Under the pieces are notes generated by a model. It did not search any database. It saw nothing but the letters and a program-made list of their open reading frames with translations, and was not told the origin of the DNA. This document shows positions 57,101 to 64,000 of a stretch of DNA of 64,000 nt, piece by piece (position 1 is the stretch's first letter; every line of letters starts with the position of its first letter). The DNA comes from Trichoplax sp. H2 (Eukaryota): assembly GCA_003344405.1 (NCBI GenBank), contig NOWV01000025.1:434001-498000 (forward strand). The letters are read 5' to 3'. A program made the translations under genes and the position numbers.

Positions 57101-60100
57101 GCTAATAGAGTAGACGAGGTAGTCAGGAAATTACTACTATTTATTACTGAAGAAATCTTGATAGCCAAGACTATAGTCTTAACAATTCAATAGCAATTGA
57201 AAAATTAGTTGACTAACTAACCGAATACCAACTAAAATGTGGTCTTCAGGCATCAACCTTTTATAGTATAGTCAAAAACTCATGGTGCGCATAAAATAAA
57301 ACTATCCTTCTACTCTAGAAACTATATTGTTTTTTATGTACCTTTCAAATTAGAATTTTTCCTGATAGTAACTAATTCATCTACGGCCGATGATGGTAAC
57401 GAAATCTCGTATGGGCTGGTAGGTGAAATGTAAGTTACTCCATCTGAAAATATGAAATAAATATGTCTTAATATTATCATAAGGCGCAATACATTATCAA
57501 CTATCAGCTGACAGCAGTAGTTACCTGAGTGTAAAAACTATCAATTATTTTACCTTCCATAATAGTGGTATAATCTGGAGCACTTTGGGTAGCAGTTGGG
57601 TCGATATACGCTGTATTCAATTTTAAAAGTGATGAAATATCAGAAGATTGGACAACTAATATTTGGCTACTAGACGGTGTTTAATACTTGGCGACCCTAA
57701 GTTTGACATTAGATCATTATCTGGAGAACGACTCCATGACAGAACACTAGTTGATTGAAAGCTATGAGTTTTTTCTAATTTAGGCAGCATTAATGAGAGA
57801 TTATTAGATTAGTAATTCCGTACTTAAAATGAGCATCACCCTATTACCAATACATAGTATTTATTTCCAAATTAGATATCAAATAAGATGATGTTGAATG
57901 GTATTAAATGTGTCATAAAATGTCATATGGCTCCATGCATATGCATGCTCATCATACCTGTCCATTCATCGGATAGTACAGGAGTGCTTGAGCTGAGCAA
58001 ATTGGCTGACTTCACGACCTCTATGCTGGCATCAGGTAGCGTTTCTAATTCAATATTTTGGGGAAAAAATCAAATACTGTCTTAAATTTAATCCAATATA
58101 TGCAAGAATTTAAATTATCGTCACTATATTACCAATTACTAGACTTATTATGTCCTGATAATATCCGTTAACATCTCATCTAAGCCATTTAAAACTAAGT
58201 CTACAGGGCACTGAATACTAATGATTGGATTATATCCTGATAGTATTCGTCGACAGTACTCATTAACATCTCATCTATACTATCTCAGACTAAGTGTACT
58301 CGATACTGATTATTGGATTTAGTAGACATTTCTGCTCCGAATTTTGCTTACCATTAACCAAGCTACTAGTGATCGATAAAGTAGCCGATGCATGATATAA
58401 TTCGCCATTCCAAAGCACAAGGTTTGCGGATACAGATATCATAGAGGATGACTGCTTTTGAATAGTATTAGAACTACTTTGGCCACCTGCCTGCAGGCTG
58501 CTCCTTTCAAAGTTTACTAATTGTGTAACTTCCATCAAAGTCGTAGCAGCTATCGTAATTTGTTGAGCAGATGTATCGGAACTTAATTCAGGCTGTTCGA
58601 AATCAACAGTATACGAACTACTTATCTCTTGATCTACATGCATCGCCGATTCTGTCGAGGCTGCTACTAAAGAGGAAGTAATATCACTGGATTCTATAGC
58701 ACTTAAAGAGATTGATGCTGTTTACAAGAAATGTATAATTATAAATTTTAGTAGTGTCAATTTAGCTAAATTACGAAATAAATAGTAAAGAAAATTGAGT
58801 AGATATACTTACGAAGAACGCTGAAATAGGAGGCATAAGTTGAAATGGCAACACTTGTAGGATCTTACAAACGAAAAGAATCATGATAAGAAACTAGTAT
58901 TTGACAATAGGACGCATATTTGAATACTCCTACAGTACAATCTCTATTAGCGCGTATATATTCGATAAAACAATTATATTCATACATTTTTGGCAGATGT
59001 AATGAGCTCTAAACCCTTCAATTCCTTCGCAATGCACATCATACCAACCCCAAGCTTGCAATCGATAGGCATAGACCACACAATCTTGGTAGTAATAGTG
59101 AGGTTGATAATATCCCCAATCAACATAACCGCTAGCTACCTCATTATCGATTATCCATCGATAGGCGGTTGGATTATTGGTTTCATCGATATCCCTTAAG
59201 CCAATCCAGTAATATTCATTTGTACTCATAATATCAATTAATAGCTGGCGTACATCTCTAGAATCTACTTTAACTAGACCTCCACCAGAAGATTGGCAAA
59301 TTGAAGACGCAGAGGCGTATTTAATTATGCTTGATGTATCGACGACTTTATAACAAATATTGCTTAGCGAATACCATTCTGTGTCACCACAATCGCCAAA
59401 AGCTTTAGTTATAATCTCTATCAATTTTGATGCAATAATAATGTTAATGATTGTACAATTTCGCTAATCAAATTTTTGACGGAATAATATTGGCAATCAT
59501 TATAGAAAGGGGTCACAAGTGATAGTAGTCATAATTGTAACAGCAGTAATATTTAAAATTGTATATCATTGCTTATATATCCCTTCACTAGTAATTTTAC
59601 ATATTCTACCATTTTATTAGGTTTTTCGGTGGGTCAATTAGCTAGACTGTATCGATGCTTGCTTACGCTATATTGCTGCCAAAGCACTTGACTGTTATAT
59701 GATACTAACAACACTATTTTGAGCCACCTTGTAGGCTAATATTCTTTGATAAAGTAAATCGCATGAGAAACCTGCAATGAACATCATAGTAGATCATCAA
59801 TTATTAATTAAACTTTAGGAAAACTTTGTTATTTTGACCAGCTAAAGCATGCTTTAAATCTACAGCATGTGAAATTTAACTTGCCATTTCTTCGTTCACT
59901 ATATCTAGTAGGTTTCTTACTGCAGTTGAATCACAAGAATACCTTTTCAGTGTTTTGTCAATTATTAGTATAGACTGACTAAGCTATCTAATAAACTGAT
60001 AGAAATACTACTGGTGATTAAGAATGGTAAGAGATAGTATATTCGAGTAGGTTAGAAATTTAAATTGGATTCATTTACGTCAAATTTGAAACAGGAAGAG

Positions 60101-62901
60101 CCACAAACATCCATTAGCGATCAATAAGTTAATCATACAGGCAGCTTAAAAATTGATTAAATTAGTTATATGATAGGCTATACGCTTCGTTCATGCAATA
60201 ATAATATACTCCAGAATTAAAAATTTGTATTATTTCGCGTTATTGGTGCCAAAATTTTTGAGCTATGTAAATTCTATGACTGTTACAAAATGAAATTTGT
60301 AACGAAGAAAGTTAGCAACACTAAAAGAAATTATTTCACTACGAACCTACTGCCAACTTTGTTCTTTCCGATATCTACTGATGGTACTACACTATATGCT
60401 AACGATCTTTCCATCTTAGGGTGGTTATAGTAAAACCGTTAGTCTCTCTTAAACTAGAGTAAACTCAAGCTTTATTAAAAGAACATTCAATTTATAGCGA
60501 ATCTAGATAAAAATTAATTATCGGCATATAGATAATATTAACTATACACTTATTTATAAAATTATATATAAGGTCATAAATAGCGTCTATCAACAAATAT
60601 CACTTATATAATCTTTTGAAATAAGATTGGTATTTATATATGTACACTAAAATCACTTCGAGACTATGCGTTGTAAAATAGAAATAAAAATATGGAAAGT
60701 GATCATTTTAGCCGATGTAGATATTCAATTGAAAACAGAATTAAGGGGTATTATTATTTTACCTGGGATGACTTCAGCATCTGTTGCCGGAAAACATGTA
60801 CTCAGCTGAAAGTATAAATCATTAATGTATTGCTTAACGGTGCAAAAATTTAATTATTATGTAACTAAACAGAGTTAAATAAGTTAACTATCAACTAACT
60901 GAAATACCATAAGAAATGGTGATTAACTGCTAATGGAATAGTAGTATGGTGTACAGCAATATAAGTTTCGATTCTATCTAAATTTTAGTCCAAACTATAA
61001 CGATAAATGTTACTTTTTCAATGACGACTGATACCATTTTAAGAATGTGAATATGTCCGCAATAACTTATTGCGATTTTCGTACGGCTAAGGTGATCTCT
61101 ATCATAATCTCCAATTTGAAAATGTTGTCAGTAAGGGTAATTATGATCATTTTATTACAATAATTAAAAAGGCATTTGTGATATTTCCTCCGAAAGTCTC
61201 AACTAACACCCTAGAGCTTCATAACGACATTAAAGCCCAAAATTTTAATATCTAAATCAATATGCCATAATTTATACTCGTTATTATGGAATTTAAAACT
61301 AAGTTTAGTAAGCATATTTTATATGCCTAGCACACAACTAAACAAGTCACTACAATATGTAATTATTTCTAAATTATCTTCGATGTTAGCTTCTATATTT
61401 ACGGAAATTACAGTATTACCTTCCAATGTAGTAAATCTTAAATTGTAATTATAAAAATAATTCACAATTCCATCTTATTCTCTTAACGCTAATTATTAAA
61501 TGTACAATTATATCTTGTGATAACAGTCTGTCTACATCTCTGTGCGGACGTCATAATAATTTTAGATGATTTATCTGGAAAAGAAATTTGAGTGTATTAA
61601 TAACTTCTTGATCACGCCATATGTTATGAGACACTAATAATCAATTTTGCGATATTCATATATGTGAAACCAGTATTTATCATCAGCAATCTTGAAGTAG
61701 GTATAAGATTTGTCAAAGTAAAGTTATACTGTTATCAATCCATTGTAAAAATGTAGCAGAATTTACTAGCTATTGCGTTATCGATATCTATGGATAAATT
61801 GTTGGGTACAATTTATTTAATTATACGAGTACTTCCGCAGGTTTAACTAGATTGCAAATACATTCTTTAAAGGACATGTTCCGATTTGGAAGCCCACGGT
61901 TCGATAACTATTCAACTGATATTCATAGTCTTGATCTTTAAAGGATTTGACTAGTTCTAATATATTGTGAATGAATGCATTGGGATCATCGCAATATAAT
62001 GTAATCTTTTACCTTGCAAGATCTAAATCGCGATAATAGGTTAAGAAATATACAGCATGCCATATGCACAAAAATGAATGTGAAATATCCATGAATTATA
62101 AACTGTAGTATATCTAATTTACATAGCACAAAACGAATATTATCATGGGAGTGACAATCACTTTATACTTCTTAAAGCTACGGTTGAATTTTATCGTTAT
62201 GGAAAAGCAATTATTTATGAAATGATGAAGGATTTTAATGATTGGCATCAAAGATATTGATGGATTCGTATTAGTTATTATGCAGCTATTTTAAAATTAA
62301 TGAAATATCAGTAAATAACAGTAAGCTACTAAATTACAAGTAGAAACTTTATAGCATAACTATAATTATCTTCTATCTGAAGTATATAACCGCGAAATCA
62401 ATGCTAATTTGAGTCTGTGATGGACTTAGAAGTGAGACATGATGACAGAAAAGAAGGACCATTTCAAGTCAAAAAATTACAAGTCGGATAGTAAATGATG
62501 TTACAGTCAGACTATGGTGATTGTGTAAATAAGCATCTACTGCTTAGGAAACTACAGTTCTATTTTGTAAATAAATTTAATACTAGTAAAAATACATCAC
62601 TTTGATGCCAGTTAACTTAAGTTATCGGTAGAAAATATATATAAAGTTCAATTATCCGTCAGCGATTTACACTAGTAATATAAATCATAGATTCATCAAT
62701 ATCTAAGGAATAGTATCTTTTTTATATTTATTGATTAATTATCGATCAGATATTTAGTGTCGCATAATTGAAGGATTGTTCCTGAAAGTGTCTCTAAATA
62801 GACTATTTGCTTTTAAAGACCTTATGAAATTTTCCATATTACTGTAGTACAACACTCACCAGGTAAATAACTGTCAGAAACGCATATTGAAACTTCTCCA
62901 T
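48113..62901 (-). CDS. Adhesion GPCR paralog 3 (signal peptide, C-type lectin, Ser/Thr stalk, GAIN/GPS, 7TM)
   Basis: 62860-62901 + 60763-60805 splice to [33 protein letters not shown] (signal peptide-like); CTL 58986-59402; stalk exons 55.1-58.9 kb; GAIN exons 52.2-55.0 kb; GPS 51970-52091 ([21 protein letters not shown]); TM exons ~51752-51856, 51540-51639, 51302-51452 ([12 protein letters not shown]), 51100-51167, 50455-50521, 50005-50103, 49714-49840 ([12 protein letters not shown]), 49537-49578; tail 49248-49328, 48913-49003, 48429-48463, 48113-48271. Some stalk exons and one GAIN exon are ambiguous. Confidence 0.88.
56673..56850. repeat. Two-copy ~94-bp degenerate tandem duplication (intronic)
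   Basis: aatgtgaataatc.ct.taata.aaaattct.cagct occurs at ~56677 and ~56771. Confidence 0.7.
58986..59402 (-). CDS. C-type lectin domain exon of paralog 3
   Basis: [51 protein letters not shown]; phase 1-1 exon. Confidence 0.93.
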
Positions 62902-64000
62902 GATAAGTAAATTTAAAGAGATCAATTGTAGTAATGAAAGGCAGTTTTAATACTACAAAATATTGCTTGAAATTTTAGAACAAATTTTCAGGTCTTTGAC
63001 CTTTAATCTTACAGATAATCACTTGGAAACGTTTATAACCACATACTCAATTATTCATAAGGAAGAGGACCTAATTATAGCCGAATTAATTAACTTCAAT
63101 AAATGCATAAATACAGTTTATCATTTAAAACTTTGAATGTATCTACAATATACTAAAGTATATCAGATTGTTCTGCCAGTGTGGATATTCTGGACCAATA
63201 TAGTACATTACATTATTAAAGTGGCTTTTTACTTGGTTACTTAAACTGAAATGACGAGATTTATTAGTAAACTTACATTTTTTCTATTTTACTAAGCTAT
63301 TCTCTCTAAAATTGCCTAGAATTTGCGTCATTTCCATCATCAGAACGATATTAAAAGCAGTTATAATTACAGAAATAGTTAATTTTTAGACTATTTACTC
63401 GTACTAAAATAATCTTATCATAACATATTATGCCGTGACCCATAAATTAATTATTTTATTCAACAAGATTTATTGTAGTTATCCATTTATACGAAATAGA
63501 ACTCGTATCTTGCAGAATTTGTAACTGAAGTAAACTAATCCGTTCCGATAATTATAATTAAGGTCATGTCCATTGGTCAACAAATCCGAAGCACAAATAC
63601 CGAGAAAAGAAAAAGGCCTTTATACCAAATTAAGCTAATTCTCGCATTATTATAAGCCAAATCTAACGAGAAAAGATACAGTTTGTCATAAATAAATCAT
63701 AACCATATCAGAATAGAAGAATCTTTAAATAAGCATTGTGTTACCGAATAACGTAAGAATTTTACGCGCAGTAATAGTGTTTTACTTTATTCACTTTTAA
63801 ATTATATGCTATTCTTAGAATTTGATGTAACAAAATTGAAGCTAGATCAATATTCTATTCTATTATTTATAGTAATTGATTATTACCACACTTCAGTTAA
63901 TCCTTTATACCCTTTATAAGATTTTAATTCTGCTGCCATGTGTGTTTATATAGAGGTCTTCTTTGCTTTTACTCTGAAGCTATCCTGTCTATTAATTTAA

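Overview
AT-rich eukaryotic (animal) genomic DNA with short GT-AG introns. The style suggests a basal metazoan such as the placozoan Trichoplax, but that is inference only. The window holds a head-to-tail, minus-strand array of three paralogous adhesion GPCR genes (~2.3-17.4 kb, ~24.9-35.9 kb, ~48.1-62.9 kb). I spliced the exons by hand. Each gene encodes a C-type lectin domain, a Ser/Thr-rich mucin-like stalk, a GAIN/GPS domain (HL|T cleavage consensus), a secretin-like 7TM and a cytoplasmic tail, with shared intron positions and phases. The lectin binding loops are strongly diversified (EPN / none / QPH) while GPS and 7TM are conserved. Downstream of gene 3 lies a second, diverged copy of its last four exons (45.0-46.3 kb). 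Three of the four are intact and splice-compatible, so this is either a swappable C-terminal tail or the stump of a fourth paralog. About ten solo-LTR-like elements (TG...CA, 5-bp TSDs, at least 4 families) sit in introns and spacers, and one appears assembled as both empty and filled alleles around a 20-N gap. No RNA genes, CRISPR arrays or transposase/RT ORFs were seen. Exon coordinates may be off by a few bases.
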